The notes below the pieces were generated by a model. The model had not been told where the DNA came from, did not search any database, and saw only the letters and a program-made list of their open reading frames with translations. The position numbers and the translations under genes were made by a program. A DNA stretch of 64,000 bases from Betaproteobacteria bacterium (GTDB taxonomy: Bacteria > Pseudomonadota > Gammaproteobacteria > Burkholderiales > SG8-41): NCBI GenBank assembly GCA_947486575.1, contig CANKUB010000004.1:22304-86303 (forward strand), in the 5' to 3' direction. Positions 30,602-41,711 of this stretch are shown one piece after another (the first letter of the stretch is position 1; each line of letters begins with the position of its first letter).

Positions 30602-31770
30602 TGGCGACGGCGACGCTTAAAATGCATACGGCGCCATCAGCCGTTGCGGAATTTGACCGCAGTGTCGTGTGGATCACGATACTGCTGCTGGCGCTGGGAC
30701 TGGTGATGGTGTATTCGGCGTCCATTGCCATTGCCGAAGCAGGTCGCAGCACTGGCCAGCAATCAATGTATTACCTGATGCGCCATGCGATTTTTCTGGC
30801 GGTCAGCGTGACGGCGGGATTGATTGCATTTCAGATTCCTGTCGCCACATGGCAACGATTTGCGCCGTACCTTTTTGTCGTGGGGCTGGTGTTGATTGCG
30901 CTGGTGTTGATACCGGGTATCGGGCGCGAGGTGAATGGTGCCCGGCGCTGGATTCCGCTGATATTTTTTAACTTGCAGCCGTCGGAGCTGATGAAAGTGT
31001 TTGCCGTGCTGTATGCAGCGGATTACACCGTGCGCAAGGCCGCGTTCATGCACAGTCTGCGCAAGGGGTTTCTGCCGATGTTCAGCGTGATGCTGCTGAC
31101 CGGCGGTTTGCTGCTGCGTGAGCCGGATTTTGGTGCGTTCGCCGTGATTACAGTGATCGCGATGGGCATTCTGTTCCTCGGCGGCATGAACTGGAAGCTC
31201 TTCGCTGGCCTGTTTGTCATGCTGGTGGCGGGCTTTGTGGCATTGATCTGGTTTTCGCCCTATCGCATGCAACGTGTGATCGGTTTCATGGATCCGTGGG
31301 CGGATGAATATGGCAAGGGCTATCAGTTGTCACACTCGCTGATTGCCTTCGGGCGTGGCGAATGGTTTGGCGTGGGGCTGGGTGGCAGTGTGGAAAAACT
31401 GTTTTATCTGCCCGAAGCGCACACTGATTTTCTGCTGGCGGTGATCGCTGAAGAACTCGGCTTTGTTGGCGTGCTGGCAATTGTGCTGATGTTCGTGTGG
31501 ATTGTGCAGCGCGCGTTTGCCATCGGGCGGTGTGCGGTGCTGCAAGAGCGTTACTTCGCGGCGCTGGTGGCGCAGGGCATTGGTCTGTGGATCGGCGTGC
31601 AGGCGATTATCAACATGGGCGTCAACATGGGCGTCTTGCCGACCAAAGGCCTGACGCTGCCGCTGCTATCGTTCGGTGGCAGCGCGATTGCGGCGACGTG
31701 TGTGGCGATTGCGGTGCTGCTGCGCATCGATTGGGAAGGGCGGCAGTTGGCGCGCGGGTTCAAAGTATGA
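30601..31770 (+). CDS. ftsW: SEDS peptidoglycan glycosyltransferase FtsW
   Basis: Ten-TM SEDS pattern and position in the dcw cluster. Confidence 0.9.
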   Translation: MATATLKMHTAPSAVAEFDRSVVWITILLLALGLVMVYSASIAIAEAGRSTGQQSMYYLMRHAIFLAVSVTAGLIAFQIPVATWQRFAPYLFVVGLVLIALVLIPGIGREVNGARRWIPLIFFNLQPSELMKVFAVLYAADYTVRKAAFMHSLRKGFLPMFSVMLLTGGLLLREPDFGAFAVITVIAMGILFLGGMNWKLFAGLFVMLVAGFVALIWFSPYRMQRVIGFMDPWADEYGKGYQLSHSLIAFGRGEWFGVGLGGSVEKLFYLPEAHTDFLLAVIAEELGFVGVLAIVLMFVWIVQRAFAIGRCAVLQERYFAALVAQGIGLWIGVQAIINMGVNMGVLPTKGLTLPLLSFGGSAIAATCVAIAVLLRIDWEGRQLARGFKV

Positions 31771-32843
31771 GCCGCACCCTGATGATCATGGCAGGCGGTA
31801 CCGGCGGCCACATCTACCCTGCGATTGCGGTGGCGGATTATTTGCGCGACAAAGGCTGGCAAATTGTGTGGCTGGGTTCGCAGGCAGGCATGGAAGCGCG
31901 CATTGTGCCGCCGAAGGGTTACGCACTGGCGTGGATACGCTTTTCAGGTTTACGCGGCAAAGGCCTGTTGCGCGCGTTGATGCTGCCGTTTAATTTGCTG
32001 ATAGCGTGCGCGCAAAGCGCAGCTGCGATTTTTACGCACCGGCCCGATGTGGTGCTGGGCATGGGTGGTTATGTGGCGTTTCCCGGTGGTCTGATGGCAG
32101 CGCTGATGCAGCGTCCGTTAGTGATACACGAGCAAAATTCGGTGGCAGGTTTGACCAATCGCATGCTGGCGCGGTTTGCCAATTCCGTTTTGATGACTTT
32201 CCCAAATGCATTTAAAAACAATAAGTTAGCTAAATGGGTGGGCAATCCAACACGCGCGGATATCGGCGCGCTGGCGGCGCCTGACGCGCGCTTTGCCGCG
32301 CGCAGCGGCAAGCTGAATGTGATGGTGTTGGGCGGCAGTCAAGGTGCGGCGGTGCTGAATGACACATTACCCAAAGCGCTGGCGTTGATGTCGGAAAATG
32401 CGCGTCCGCAGGTCACGCATCAATCGGGCGCAGCGCACATTGAGGCCTTGCGTACCGCGTATGCGGCGGTGGGTGTGCAGGCGGAAGCGCTGCCGTTTAT
32501 TGACGACATGGCGGCGCGTTATGCGGCGGCTGATCTGGTGATATGCCGCGCGGGCGCATCCACAGTGACCGAAATCGCCAACGTCGGTGTGGCGTCCGTT
32601 ATGGTGCCGTTGCCGTGGGCGGTTGACGATCATCAAACCACCAATGCGCGTTATCTGGCTGATCGCGGTGCTGCGATTTTGATTCCGCAGGCAGAATTTA
32701 CGGCGGAGAAAGTCGCGGCGCTATTGCAAAGTTTCACGCGCGACAAGCTGCTGGAAATGGCTCGTGCCGCGCGCACCGCGGCCAAGCCTGACGCCACGCG
32801 CACAGTCGGCGATATTTGTGTGGAGTTGGCGCATGCGGCATAA
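31767..32843 (+). CDS. murG: UDP-N-acetylglucosamine--N-acetylmuramyl-(pentapeptide) pyrophosphoryl-undecaprenol GlcNAc transferase
   Basis: The ATG at 31767 overlaps the ftsW stop. [12 protein letters not shown] motif. Confidence 0.92.
   Translation: MSRTLMIMAGGTGGHIYPAIAVADYLRDKGWQIVWLGSQAGMEARIVPPKGYALAWIRFSGLRGKGLLRALMLPFNLLIACAQSAAAIFTHRPDVVLGMGGYVAFPGGLMAALMQRPLVIHEQNSVAGLTNRMLARFANSVLMTFPNAFKNNKLAKWVGNPTRADIGALAAPDARFAARSGKLNVMVLGGSQGAAVLNDTLPKALALMSENARPQVTHQSGAAHIEALRTAYAAVGVQAEALPFIDDMAARYAAADLVICRAGASTVTEIANVGVASVMVPLPWAVDDHQTTNARYLADRGAAILIPQAEFTAEKVAALLQSFTRDKLLEMARAARTAAKPDATRTVGDICVELAHAA
32210..32229 (+). repeat. AT-rich dispersed motif copy, intragenic (murG)
   Basis: ATTTAAAAACAATAAGTTAG matches 14/20 of the consensus and 16/20 of the 21529 variant. 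It encodes …FKNNKLAK…. Confidence 0.5.
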
Positions 32844-34224
32844 AGTCAAAAGAATCCACTTCGTCGGTATCGGCGGCTCCGGCATGAGCGGCATTGCCGA
32901 GGTGCTGCTCAACCTGAATTACGATATCAGCGGGTCTGATTTATCGTCGAATACGGCCACGCGGCGGCTGGTGAGCCTGGGCGCCAAAGTGTTCGAGGGG
33001 CATGCTGCGCAAAACATTGCAACGGCCGATGCGGTAGTGGTGTCTACGGCCGTGAAAGCGGATAACCCCGAAGTGATCGCCGCGCGCGAAAAACACATCC
33101 CCGTCGTGCCGCGCGCGCTGATGCTGGCCGAATTGATGCGTCTGAAGCAGGGCATCGCCATCGCAGGCACGCACGGCAAAACCACCACCACCAGCTTGGT
33201 GGCGAGTGTGTTGGCGGAAGGCGGGCTCGATCCGACATTCGTGATTGGCGGACGGTTGAACAGCGCCGGCGCCAATGCGCGGCTCGGCAGTGGCGAGTTT
33301 ATTGTGGTCGAGGCCGATGAATCGGATGCGTCGTTCCTGCATTTGCAGCCGGTGATGTCGGTGATCACCAATATCGACGCCGATCACATGGAAACCTACG
33401 GCCATTCGCTGGAAAAATTAAAAGATGCGTTTATTGATTTCACCCAGCGCCTGCCGTTTTACGGCATGGTGGTGCTGTGTCAGGACGACGCCAATGTGCG
33501 TGACATCCTGCCCAGAATCACCAAGCCGGTGCTGACGTATGGCTTTTCGCCGGATGCGCAATTGCGCGCGGTGGATGTGCAACACAGCGGCGGGCAGATG
33601 CGCTTTCGCGCCGTTCGTAACAATGGCGAAGGTGCTACCGATTTAAATGTGGCGCTCAATCTGCCGGGCATGCACAACGTATTGAATGCGCTGGCGGCAA
33701 TTGCAGTGGCCAGCGAAGTGGGTGTGGCGGACGAAAAAATCGTCAAAGCGCTGGCGGAGTTCAAGGGCGTGGGGCGGCGTTTTCAGCGTTATGGCGAGGC
33801 CGCGCTGCCTGGCGGCGGCAAAGTATCCGTGATCGACGACTACGGTCACCACCCGGCAGAAATGGCGGCTACCGTGGCGGCGGCGCGCGGTGCATTTCCG
33901 GGGCGGCGGCTGTTGCTCGCATTTCAGCCGCACCGCTACACCCGCACCCGCGATTGCTTTGAGGATTTCGCCCACGTGCTATCCATCGTGGACGCCCTGG
34001 TGCTGACCGAAGTGTACGCTGCGGGTGAAGCGCCCATTGTTGCCGCCGATGGCCGTGCGCTGGCACGCGCTGTGCGTTTGCAAGGCAAAGTCGAACCGAT
34101 CTTTGTCGATACCGTGACCGCAATGCCGGACGCCATACGCAACGCGGCGCGGGACGGCGATGTGGTGCTGGTGATGGGGGCGGGTTCGATTGGTGGTGTG
34201 GCGGGCGCGGTGGTTGGGCAATGA
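32833..34224 (+). CDS. murC: UDP-N-acetylmuramate--L-alanine ligase
   Basis: [14 protein letters not shown] and [11 protein letters not shown] motifs. ATG at 32833. Confidence 0.92.
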   Translation: MRHKVKRIHFVGIGGSGMSGIAEVLLNLNYDISGSDLSSNTATRRLVSLGAKVFEGHAAQNIATADAVVVSTAVKADNPEVIAAREKHIPVVPRALMLAELMRLKQGIAIAGTHGKTTTTSLVASVLAEGGLDPTFVIGGRLNSAGANARLGSGEFIVVEADESDASFLHLQPVMSVITNIDADHMETYGHSLEKLKDAFIDFTQRLPFYGMVVLCQDDANVRDILPRITKPVLTYGFSPDAQLRAVDVQHSGGQMRFRAVRNNGEGATDLNVALNLPGMHNVLNALAAIAVASEVGVADEKIVKALAEFKGVGRRFQRYGEAALPGGGKVSVIDDYGHHPAEMAATVAAARGAFPGRRLLLAFQPHRYTRTRDCFEDFAHVLSIVDALVLTEVYAAGEAPIVAADGRALARAVRLQGKVEPIFVDTVTAMPDAIRNAARDGDVVLVMGAGSIGGVAGAVVGQ

Positions 34225-35159
34225 ATATGGCAGACGCCACAAATCTGCAAAGCTTGCGTGGGGCACTGCGGCTCAACGAGCCGATGTCGAAGCACGTCAG
34301 TTGGCGCGCCGGTGGCGTGGCCGCGCGCACTTACGCGCCAGCCGATTTGGATGATCTTTGTGCATTTTTGCGCTCGATTTCACGTACAGAGGGCTTGTAC
34401 TTTGTTGGACTTGGCAGTAATCTCCTGGTACGCGACGGTGGGGTGCGAGCCACCGTCGTGTTTACGCATTGGGCGCTAAGGCAAATTACATTGCTGAGCA
34501 CGGGAGAAAGCAACATCGAAATTCATGCCGGGGCAGGCGTTGCCTCCCCCAAGGTGGCACGTTTTGCAGCGCTACATGGCGCGCAAGGGGCTGAATTTCT
34601 CGCGGGAATCCCTGGTACCATCGGCGGCGCGCTGGCGATGAACGCCGGGTGCTATGGTGGCGAGACTTGGGAGCTCGTTTCGAGCGTGACCACGATTGAC
34701 CGTGCGGGTGGTTTGCATCAGCGCGCGCCCAATGAATTTCACATCGGCTATCGCAGTGTCAAAAGTATCAGCGGTTTGGCGGACGAGTGGTTTGTGTCGG
34801 CGAACTTTAAAGTGCCGCATGGCGATGCGGATAACGCAAGTGAGAAATCTCGCAATAAAATCAAACAGTTACTATCAAAACGCATTGCCAGCCAGCCGTT
34901 GCAGCAGCCCAACGCGGGTTCGGTGTTTCGCAATCCGCTGAATGATCACGCAGCGCGCTTGATTGAAGTGTGCGGGCTCAAAGGCACACGTATCGGCGGC
35001 GCTGAAATCTCGTTGAAGCACGCCAACTTCATCGTCAACACCGGCGACGCTACTGCAGCGGATATCGAATCACTGATCGATCTGGCGCAAAACACCGTAC
35101 GCGAAAAATTCGGCATTACGCTTGAGCGCGAAGTGCGCATCATCGGGGAACACGCGTGA
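34221..35159 (+). CDS. murB: UDP-N-acetylenolpyruvoylglucosamine reductase
   Basis: FAD-binding PCMH-type N-terminus and the MurB C-terminal domain (NAGSVFRNP). Confidence 0.9.
   Translation: MNMADATNLQSLRGALRLNEPMSKHVSWRAGGVAARTYAPADLDDLCAFLRSISRTEGLYFVGLGSNLLVRDGGVRATVVFTHWALRQITLLSTGESNIEIHAGAGVASPKVARFAALHGAQGAEFLAGIPGTIGGALAMNAGCYGGETWELVSSVTTIDRAGGLHQRAPNEFHIGYRSVKSISGLADEWFVSANFKVPHGDADNASEKSRNKIKQLLSKRIASQPLQQPNAGSVFRNPLNDHAARLIEVCGLKGTRIGGAEISLKHANFIVNTGDATAADIESLIDLAQNTVREKFGITLEREVRIIGEHA
34853..34872 (+). repeat. AT-rich dispersed motif copy, intragenic (murB)
   Basis: CAATAAAATCAAACAGTTAC matches 18/20 and encodes …RNKIKQLL…. Confidence 0.7.
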
Positions 35160-36076
35160 GTAACCCAGGCGACTTGGGCAAGGTAGCCGTGCTCATGGGC
35201 GGTCGCTCAGCGGAACGGGAGATTTCGCTGCGCAGCGGCAACATGGTACTGGCCGCCTTGCAACGCAAGGGTATCGACGCGCGCGCCTTCGATCCACGGG
35301 ACCAGGGTTTCGAGCAGTTGCAGACACAGCGGTTTAATCGCGTGTTCATTGCATTGCACGGTCGTTTTGGTGAAGACGGCACGGTACAGGGTGCGCTCGA
35401 AGTGATGGGTATCCCTTACACCGGTAGTGGCGTGATGGCGAGCGCGTTGGCGATGGATAAATGGCGCACCAAGCTGGTGTGGCTGGCTTCCGGCATAGCC
35501 ACGCCCGCGTATGAAATGCTGACGGCGGATTCTCAAGCCGCGGATGTGACGGCACGGCTGGGCTTGCCGCTGATGGTAAAGCCCGCGCACGAAGGCTCCA
35601 GCATCGGCATCACCAAAGTGGAATCGATTGAGAAATTTGATGCGGCGTACGAACTGGCCGCCAAACACGATGGCAGTGTCATTGCCGAGCAATTTATCGC
35701 GGGGCGTGAAGTCACTGCGGCGATTCTGAATGATCAAGCCCTGCCGCTGGTGCGCATAGAGGCGCCACAGGGCAATTACGATTATCACAATAAATATTTT
35801 GGTGAGGCGACCAAATACCATTGCCCGAGCGGCTTGCCGGCAGCGCTTGAGGTGCGCATACAACAAGAAGCGCTGGCTGCGTTTCGTGTGCTGGGCTGTC
35901 AGGGTTGGGGGCGGCTGGATGTGATGCTCGATGCAAAAGACCAGCCGTGGTTTCTCGAAATGAACACCGTACCCGGCATGACCGATCACAGCCTGGTACC
36001 GATGGCAGCGCGTGCGAGCGGCGTGCCGTTTGATGACGTGGTGGTGCAAATTCTGGAGGCGGCGCATGTGGGATAG
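35156..36076 (+). CDS. ddl: D-alanine--D-alanine ligase
   Basis: [15 protein letters not shown]-terminus and an ATP-grasp body. Confidence 0.92.
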   Translation: MSNPGDLGKVAVLMGGRSAEREISLRSGNMVLAALQRKGIDARAFDPRDQGFEQLQTQRFNRVFIALHGRFGEDGTVQGALEVMGIPYTGSGVMASALAMDKWRTKLVWLASGIATPAYEMLTADSQAADVTARLGLPLMVKPAHEGSSIGITKVESIEKFDAAYELAAKHDGSVIAEQFIAGREVTAAILNDQALPLVRIEAPQGNYDYHNKYFGEATKYHCPSGLPAALEVRIQQEALAAFRVLGCQGWGRLDVMLDAKDQPWFLEMNTVPGMTDHSLVPMAARASGVPFDDVVVQILEAAHVG

Positions 36077-36818
36077 CCCGTCCGCGTTGAATCGCCTGTC
36101 AGATTTGCTGTTCGCGGCGGCGCTGCTGCTGGCACTGTATGGCGTGGTGCGTTTCGCCATCCATCAGCCGGTGTTTGCGCTGAGTGAACTGCGGGTGGTG
36201 GGCGCGCCCGGGTTTGTTACGCTGGATCAGGTTGAGGCCATCACCAAACGTGATTTTCGCGGCACGTTTTTTACGCTGGATATTGTACGGTTGCGCACCT
36301 CGTTTGAAAAATTGCCTTGGGTGCGCAAGGCCGACGTACGGCGCCAATGGCCAGATCGCGTGGATGTGGTGATCGAAGAGCACAAGCCACTCGCCCGCTG
36401 GGGCACCGACGCCTTGGTGAATACGCAGGGCGAGGTATTTAAGGCCGCGTATGACGCGACGCTGCCGCAGTTTAGCGGGCCCACTGGCACGGCGAAAGAT
36501 GTCGCCATCCAATATGACGTGTTTCGCCGTGAATTCGCCGCCATCGGGCGCGAGCCGGTGCAGGTGCATGTATCGCCCCGGCGCGCGTGGCAGGTGCGTC
36601 TGGACAATGGTCTGACGCTTGAAGTAGGGCGCGAACAGATCGCAGCGCGTGTTGCACGCTTTTTGTCGGCGTATTCGAACACGATCGCGCCCCTGGGGCG
36701 GCGTGCCGACAGCGTGGATTTACGCTACGCCAATGGTTTTGCCGTGCGCGTGCCGGGACTGGCTCAGTCAAAAATCCCCGGTGCGGCAGCAACGCCCACG
36801 CCGAAGCCGAAAGCGTAA
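36066..36818 (+). CDS. ftsQ: Cell division protein FtsQ
   Basis: The ATG at 36066 overlaps the ddl 3' end. One TM helix followed by a POTRA-like region. Confidence 0.85.
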   Translation: MWDSPSALNRLSDLLFAAALLLALYGVVRFAIHQPVFALSELRVVGAPGFVTLDQVEAITKRDFRGTFFTLDIVRLRTSFEKLPWVRKADVRRQWPDRVDVVIEEHKPLARWGTDALVNTQGEVFKAAYDATLPQFSGPTGTAKDVAIQYDVFRREFAAIGREPVQVHVSPRRAWQVRLDNGLTLEVGREQIAARVARFLSAYSNTIAPLGRRADSVDLRYANGFAVRVPGLAQSKIPGAAATPTPKPKA

Positions 36819-36840
36819 CCAGCGCAATGAACCAGATGCC

Positions 36841-38079
36841 ATGAACAAAACGCGCGAAAATAAAAACATCATCGTCGGTCTCGACATTGGTACGTCGAAG
36901 ATCGTGGCGATTGTTGCCGAGATGAAAGCCGATGGCGGCTTTGAGATCATCGGCATGGGCACGCATCCGTCGCGCGGGTTAAAAAAAGGCGTGGTGGTGA
37001 ATATCGAAACCACCGTGTCGGCGATACAGCGCGCGCTGGAAGAAGCCGAGCTGATGGCGGATTGCAAGATCAGCCACGTCAACACCGGCATTGCGGGCAG
37101 CCATGTGAAAAGTTTTAACTCGCAGGGCATGGTGGCGATCAAGGATAAGGAAGTTGCGCAGATCGACATTGATCGCGTGCTCGAAACCGCCAAGGCGGTG
37201 CAGATTCCGAATGATCAGCAAATCCTGCACATACTGGAGCAGGAATACATCATCGACGGTCAGGACGATGTGCGTGAGCCGCTGGGCATGGCCGGCGTTC
37301 GGCTTGAAGTGAAGGTGCATATCGTTACCGGTGCCGTGTCAGCGGCGCAGAACATCATCAAGTGCGTGCGCCGCTGCGGGCTGGAAGTGAGTGATCTGGT
37401 ATTGCAACCGCTGGCCTCTGCCATTGCAGTGGTGTCGGATGACGAAAAAGATCTGGGTGTGTGCCTGATTGATATCGGCGGCGGTACTACGGATATTGCG
37501 GTGTTCACGCATGGCGCGATTCGTCATACGGCAGTGATCCCCATCGCGGGCGATCAAATCACCAGTGATATCGCCATGGCGCTGCGCACGCCGACCAAAG
37601 ACGCTGACGACATCAAGATGAAGCACGGTTGTGCGTTGTCACAGTTGGCTGACCCGCAGGAAATGATCGAAGTGCCCGGCGTTGGTGATCGTGGCACCAA
37701 GCAGTTATCGCGCAAGACGCTGGCTGAGGTGATTGAGCCACGCGTCGAGGAACTGTATTCGCTGATACAGGCCGAGCTGCGCCGCAGTGGTTACGAAGAG
37801 TTGCTGTCGTCGGGCATTGTGCTTACCGGCGGCTCCAGCATGATGCAGGGCATGGTCGAACTCGGCGAAGAAATTTTTCACATGCCGGTACGCGTGGGCC
37901 AGCCTTCGTACAGCGGCGGTCTGGCTGAAGTGGTGCGTCACCCGCGGTACTCGACGGCAATGGGCTTGTTGATCGAAGGCATGCAGCAATACCGCGCGCA
38001 GGAACTCGCGCGGACGCAAACCGGCGCGTTGCAACAATTGGTGGATCGCATGAAGGCCTGGTTCAAGGGTAATTTTTAG
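36841..38079 (+). CDS. ftsA: Cell division protein FtsA
   Basis: Actin-like ATPase with GLDIGTSK and DIGGGTTD motifs. ATG at 36841. Confidence 0.92.
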   Translation: MNKTRENKNIIVGLDIGTSKIVAIVAEMKADGGFEIIGMGTHPSRGLKKGVVVNIETTVSAIQRALEEAELMADCKISHVNTGIAGSHVKSFNSQGMVAIKDKEVAQIDIDRVLETAKAVQIPNDQQILHILEQEYIIDGQDDVREPLGMAGVRLEVKVHIVTGAVSAAQNIIKCVRRCGLEVSDLVLQPLASAIAVVSDDEKDLGVCLIDIGGGTTDIAVFTHGAIRHTAVIPIAGDQITSDIAMALRTPTKDADDIKMKHGCALSQLADPQEMIEVPGVGDRGTKQLSRKTLAEVIEPRVEELYSLIQAELRRSGYEELLSSGIVLTGGSSMMQGMVELGEEIFHMPVRVGQPSYSGGLAEVVRHPRYSTAMGLLIEGMQQYRAQELARTQTGALQQLVDRMKAWFKGNF

Positions 38080-38096
38080 GCATGACATTTGATATT

Positions 38097-38116
38097 GTAA
38101 ATATTTGTTTTTAAAC
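38097..38116 (-). repeat. AT-rich dispersed motif copy
   Basis: The reverse complement GTTTAAAAACAAATATTTAC matches 16/20. It sits in the 78-nt ftsA-ftsZ spacer. Confidence 0.65.
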
Positions 38117-38157
38117 GGTTTTAATTTTAACAATCGACGCAAAAACGGAGGCACAAA

Positions 38158-39312
38158 ATGATAGAGCTGATCGATGCGCAATCGCAGGAAGCAGTGATCA
38201 AGGTAATTGGCGTGGGTGGTTGCGGCGGCAACGCTGTGGATCACATGATTTCGCAAGGTGTGGCGGGCGTGGAGTTCATCTGCGTCAACACCGATGCACA
38301 GGCGTTGAAACGCAATCAGGCCAAAGTGCAGTTGCAGCTCGGTACCGGCGTCACCAAGGGTCTGGGTGCAGGTGCCAACCCTGAAATCGGTCGCCAGGCG
38401 GCAATGGAAGATCGTGAGCGCCTTGCCGAGCTGATCAGTGGTGCGGACATGTTGTTCCTCACCGCAGGTATGGGTGGCGGCACCGGCACCGGCGCTGCGC
38501 CGGTGGTGGCGGAAATTGCCAAGGAGCTGGGTGTGTTAACCGTGGCCGTGGTGACTAAACCTTTTGCCTTTGAAGGCAAGCGTCAGCGCATTGCCATGGA
38601 GGGTCTCGAAGCGCTGTCGCAACACGTTGACTCGCTGATCGTGATTCCCAATGACAAGTTGACGCAGGTATTGGGCAACACCGTCACGCTGGACGAGGCC
38701 TTCAAAGCTGCCAACGACGTGCTGCACGGCGCAGTGGCCGGCATTGCGGAGATCATCAGCAACCCCGGCTTGATCAACGTCGACTTCGCCGACGTGCGCA
38801 CCGTGATGGCCGAAATGGGCATGGCGATGATGGGTTCTGCCAAAGCGGCAGGCCCGGATCGCGCACGCGCCGCAGCCGAGCAGGCGGTGGCGTGCCCGCT
38901 GCTGGAAGACATCAACATTCAGGATGCGCGCGGCGTGCTGATTAATATTTCCGCTAGCAAGGCGAGCTTCCAGTTGCAGGAAATGTATGACGTAATGGAT
39001 ACCATCAAGGCCTTCGCGGCAGAATCGGCCACGGTCATCGTCGGCACCGTCTACGACGAAGCGCTTGAGGACAGCTTGCGGGTGACCATTGTAGCGACCG
39101 GTCTGGGCAAACCTTCTGCGCGTCCGCAAATGAAACCGCTGCAAATGGTGGCGCAAAAAACCGGCACCGATGATTTGCCGGTGAACTACGATGACCTCGA
39201 TCAACCGGCCGTCATGCGCCGCCGCAATCGCGACGCCACCGTGGAAGCGTTGAAACAATCGGGCGTGGAAACGCTCGACATTCCGGCGTTTTTGCGCAAG
39301 CAGGCAGACTGA
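38158..39312 (+). CDS. ftsZ: Cell division GTPase FtsZ
   Basis: GGGTGTGAAP tubulin signature and a GGAGG RBS. Confidence 0.97.
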   Translation: MIELIDAQSQEAVIKVIGVGGCGGNAVDHMISQGVAGVEFICVNTDAQALKRNQAKVQLQLGTGVTKGLGAGANPEIGRQAAMEDRERLAELISGADMLFLTAGMGGGTGTGAAPVVAEIAKELGVLTVAVVTKPFAFEGKRQRIAMEGLEALSQHVDSLIVIPNDKLTQVLGNTVTLDEAFKAANDVLHGAVAGIAEIISNPGLINVDFADVRTVMAEMGMAMMGSAKAAGPDRARAAAEQAVACPLLEDINIQDARGVLINISASKASFQLQEMYDVMDTIKAFAAESATVIVGTVYDEALEDSLRVTIVATGLGKPSARPQMKPLQMVAQKTGTDDLPVNYDDLDQPAVMRRRNRDATVEALKQSGVETLDIPAFLRKQAD

Positions 39313-39365
39313 CTGCACTACGGCGTCAGCGCCAGCTCACGCTGACTTCGGTAGATTTATCCTTT

Positions 39366-39401
39366 AACCGGGTCGCGGCGTAAGCTGCGCCCCGGTTTTT
39401 T
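39366..39401 (+). terminator. Rho-independent terminator after ftsZ
   Basis: AACCGGG…CCCGGTT stem followed by a T-run. Confidence 0.7.
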
Positions 39402-39415
39402 ATTTAAAAATAACT

Positions 39416-39435
39416 GAATAAAAACAACAGGTTAA
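39416..39435 (+). repeat. AT-rich dispersed motif copy
   Basis: GAATAAAAACAACAGGTTAA matches 15/20. It lies just after the ftsZ terminator. Confidence 0.5.
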
Positions 39436-39520
39436 TTTGGGTTTGCGGTGGGTGTTCCATTGGCGCTGAACGACCGTAGCGAACAACCGCGGTATGCTTT
39501 GCGTTTCAGGAGTGAGCGAC

Positions 39521-40498
39521 ATGCGACTGGGCTTCCAGCTTGTTGCCGTGATTGCCGCGGCTATGACGACCGGTAAACCGTACGCGCAGCGTGTTGACGA
39601 TTACCCATCGCGCGCCGTGCGCGTGATCGTGCCGTTTTCGCCCGGTGGCCCGCCGGACGTGATTGGCCGACCACTGCTGCAAAAATTGTCTGAAGCGTTC
39701 AATCAACCTTTTGTGTTTGATAACCGCCCCGGTGCCAGCGGCTCGCTTGGCACCGACATTGTTGCGAAAAGCCCGCGTGACGGTTACACGCTGCTCTACA
39801 CCACTGGCTCGCACAATACGAATTCGCTGCTGATCCGCAAACTGCCGTACGATGGTCGGCGTGACTTTGCGCCGATTTCGCAGATCACGCTGTCGTACGG
39901 GCAGGTCCTCGTTGCGCACCCTTCCGTGCCCGCGAAAACACTGCCGGAACTGATTGCCCTGGCACGGGCACGTCCCGGCGCGCTGCACTTTGGCACAGCG
40001 GGCGTGGGCAACATTACGCATGTGGGCATTGAAATGTTGATGGCTGCAGCCACTATCAAGCTGATCCACGTGCCATACAAAGGTGCGGGTCTTGCGCAAA
40101 ATGATTTACTGGGCGGGCACATCGAATTAATGTTTCCCAGCATTTCGCAGATCGGCCCCTCTTTGCAGGCAAAGCGCGTTCGCGCCATTGCGCTCGGCGG
40201 CCCGGTGCGCGCACCGGTACTGCCGGATGTGCCAACGTTCGCCGAGCTTGGCTACCCGCAAGTGGATACGCCGGGCTGGCAGGCCGTGTGGGCGCCTGCA
40301 GGCACGCCACGCGAGCGCATTGTCCGCTTGAACACCGAGATCGTGCGCGTACTGAAATTGCCGGACATGCGCACGCGCATTGAAGAATCGGGATTGCGGC
40401 CCATCGGTAGCACACCCGAGGAATTTACGGCATTCATCGAACGCGACTACGCTTTTTTTGAGAAAGCGATACGCGCTGCAAAAATAGAGCCGCAGTAG
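39521..40498 (+). CDS. Bug/TctC-family periplasmic substrate-binding protein
   Basis: ATG at 39521 after an AGGAG RBS. Signal peptide plus SRAVRVIVPFSPGGPPD block. Confidence 0.85.
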   Translation: MRLGFQLVAVIAAAMTTGKPYAQRVDDYPSRAVRVIVPFSPGGPPDVIGRPLLQKLSEAFNQPFVFDNRPGASGSLGTDIVAKSPRDGYTLLYTTGSHNTNSLLIRKLPYDGRRDFAPISQITLSYGQVLVAHPSVPAKTLPELIALARARPGALHFGTAGVGNITHVGIEMLMAAATIKLIHVPYKGAGLAQNDLLGGHIELMFPSISQIGPSLQAKRVRAIALGGPVRAPVLPDVPTFAELGYPQVDTPGWQAVWAPAGTPRERIVRLNTEIVRVLKLPDMRTRIEESGLRPIGSTPEEFTAFIERDYAFFEKAIRAAKIEPQ

Positions 40499-40560
40499 GT
40501 TAGACTTTTTGCATGCGCCCGACATCATTGCGGTGCGGGCGATGCGGCTTCATGTAGTTT

Positions 40561-40580
40561 ATAACGTATTGTTTTTATTG
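40561..40580 (-). repeat. AT-rich dispersed motif copy
   Basis: The reverse complement CAATAAAAACAATACGTTAT matches 16/20, with an ATATT flank. It abuts the ATG of a Bug gene. Confidence 0.7.
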
Positions 40581-40586
40581 ATATTT

Positions 40587-41582
40587 ATGTCAAAATTGCG
40601 AATGCCCTTTGGGGCCATTGCTACAGTTGTTACTGTCGCTGCTGCATGGCTTGCGGCAGCGCTGCCACTGCATGCGCAGTCTTACCCCACGCGCCCGATC
40701 CGGTTGATTATTCCATTGCCACCTGGCGGCGGCGCTGATTTTATCGGGCGTGTTGTCGGGCAGAAACTGTCTGAGCAGTTCGGCCAGCCCGTGGTGGCCG
40801 ATAACCGTGGCGGTGCCAGTGGCGCCATCGCGGGCGAGCTCGCTGCACGCGCAGCGCCTGACGGCTACACACTGTTTCTTGCCTATGCCGCTTCGCACGG
40901 CATCAACCCGGCGATGAGCAAACTGCCGTACGACGCGCTCAATGACTTCACTGCGATCACGCATATGGCGTCGTCGCAGAACGTTGTCACTTCGCACCCC
41001 TCTTTTGCTGCGCGCTCGATCAAGGAGCTTGTAGCCGCTGCGCGCGCCAAGCCCGGACAAATCACCTACGCTTCGGCGGGCTTTGGCAGTTCAACGCATC
41101 TATCGGCTGTGCTACTGGGGCAAATGTCAGGTGTAACGTTCAACCACGTGCCGCACAAAGGTGCTGGCCCTGCGCTGATTGATTTGCTGGGTGGGCACGT
41201 GCACTTTGCGTTCTCAAGTCTGCCAGCCGCACTGCCGCACACGCGCACGGGCAAACTGCGCGCGCTGGCGGTGAGCGGTCTCAAACGCTCATCGATTGTG
41301 CCTGATCTGCCCACCGTGGCAGAAGGCGGACTGCCCGGCTTCGATACCAATCAGTGGTACGCGCTGCTGGGCCCGGCAAAACTGCCGACGCCTATCGTGA
41401 AGCGGCTGCACGACGAAACCCTGCGCGCAATGAACGTGCCCGATGTGCGCGCCAGGCTCGATCAGCAGGGCTTTGAGATCGAAGGTTCAACGCCCGAAGC
41501 GTGCCGCGAGTACATCCGCAGCGAACTCGCCAAATGGGCGAAGCTCGTGGTGGCTGCGGGCCTGACGGCAGACAGGCCATAA
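40587..41582 (+). CDS. Bug/TctC-family periplasmic substrate-binding protein
   Basis: Signal peptide plus TRPIRLIIPLPPGGGAD block. The start is ATG 40587 or 40602, with no clear RBS because a motif copy abuts the start. Confidence 0.8.
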   Translation: MSKLRMPFGAIATVVTVAAAWLAAALPLHAQSYPTRPIRLIIPLPPGGGADFIGRVVGQKLSEQFGQPVVADNRGGASGAIAGELAARAAPDGYTLFLAYAASHGINPAMSKLPYDALNDFTAITHMASSQNVVTSHPSFAARSIKELVAAARAKPGQITYASAGFGSSTHLSAVLLGQMSGVTFNHVPHKGAGPALIDLLGGHVHFAFSSLPAALPHTRTGKLRALAVSGLKRSSIVPDLPTVAEGGLPGFDTNQWYALLGPAKLPTPIVKRLHDETLRAMNVPDVRARLDQQGFEIEGSTPEACREYIRSELAKWAKLVVAAGLTADRP

Positions 41583-41711
41583 GCTGGCAAGCAATACGGT
41601 GCCGTCCGGTGTAGTCTGTCGGGCACGCGAGCCTTTCGATGGCTGAGCATGGTCTTAAATCGCTTCACCTGATCGACCCGGCATCATTTCTCTTTGAAGG
41701 AAGGAATCCTG

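Noticed and set aside
35207-36160. Long antisense ORFs in the track. Examples: 35207-36160(-), 59977-60894(-), 63000-63641(-), 28332-29120(-), 45828-46781(-), 10248-10961(-), 8395-9168(+), 26716-27444(-) and 38536-39318(-).
   Set aside because: They lie opposite well-supported genes (ddl, the metal SBP, the SDR, mraY, the PQQ dehydrogenase, thiG, the PilZ protein, murF, ftsZ). Their R/A/G/H-rich low-complexity composition is typical of shadow ORFs in GC-rich DNA.
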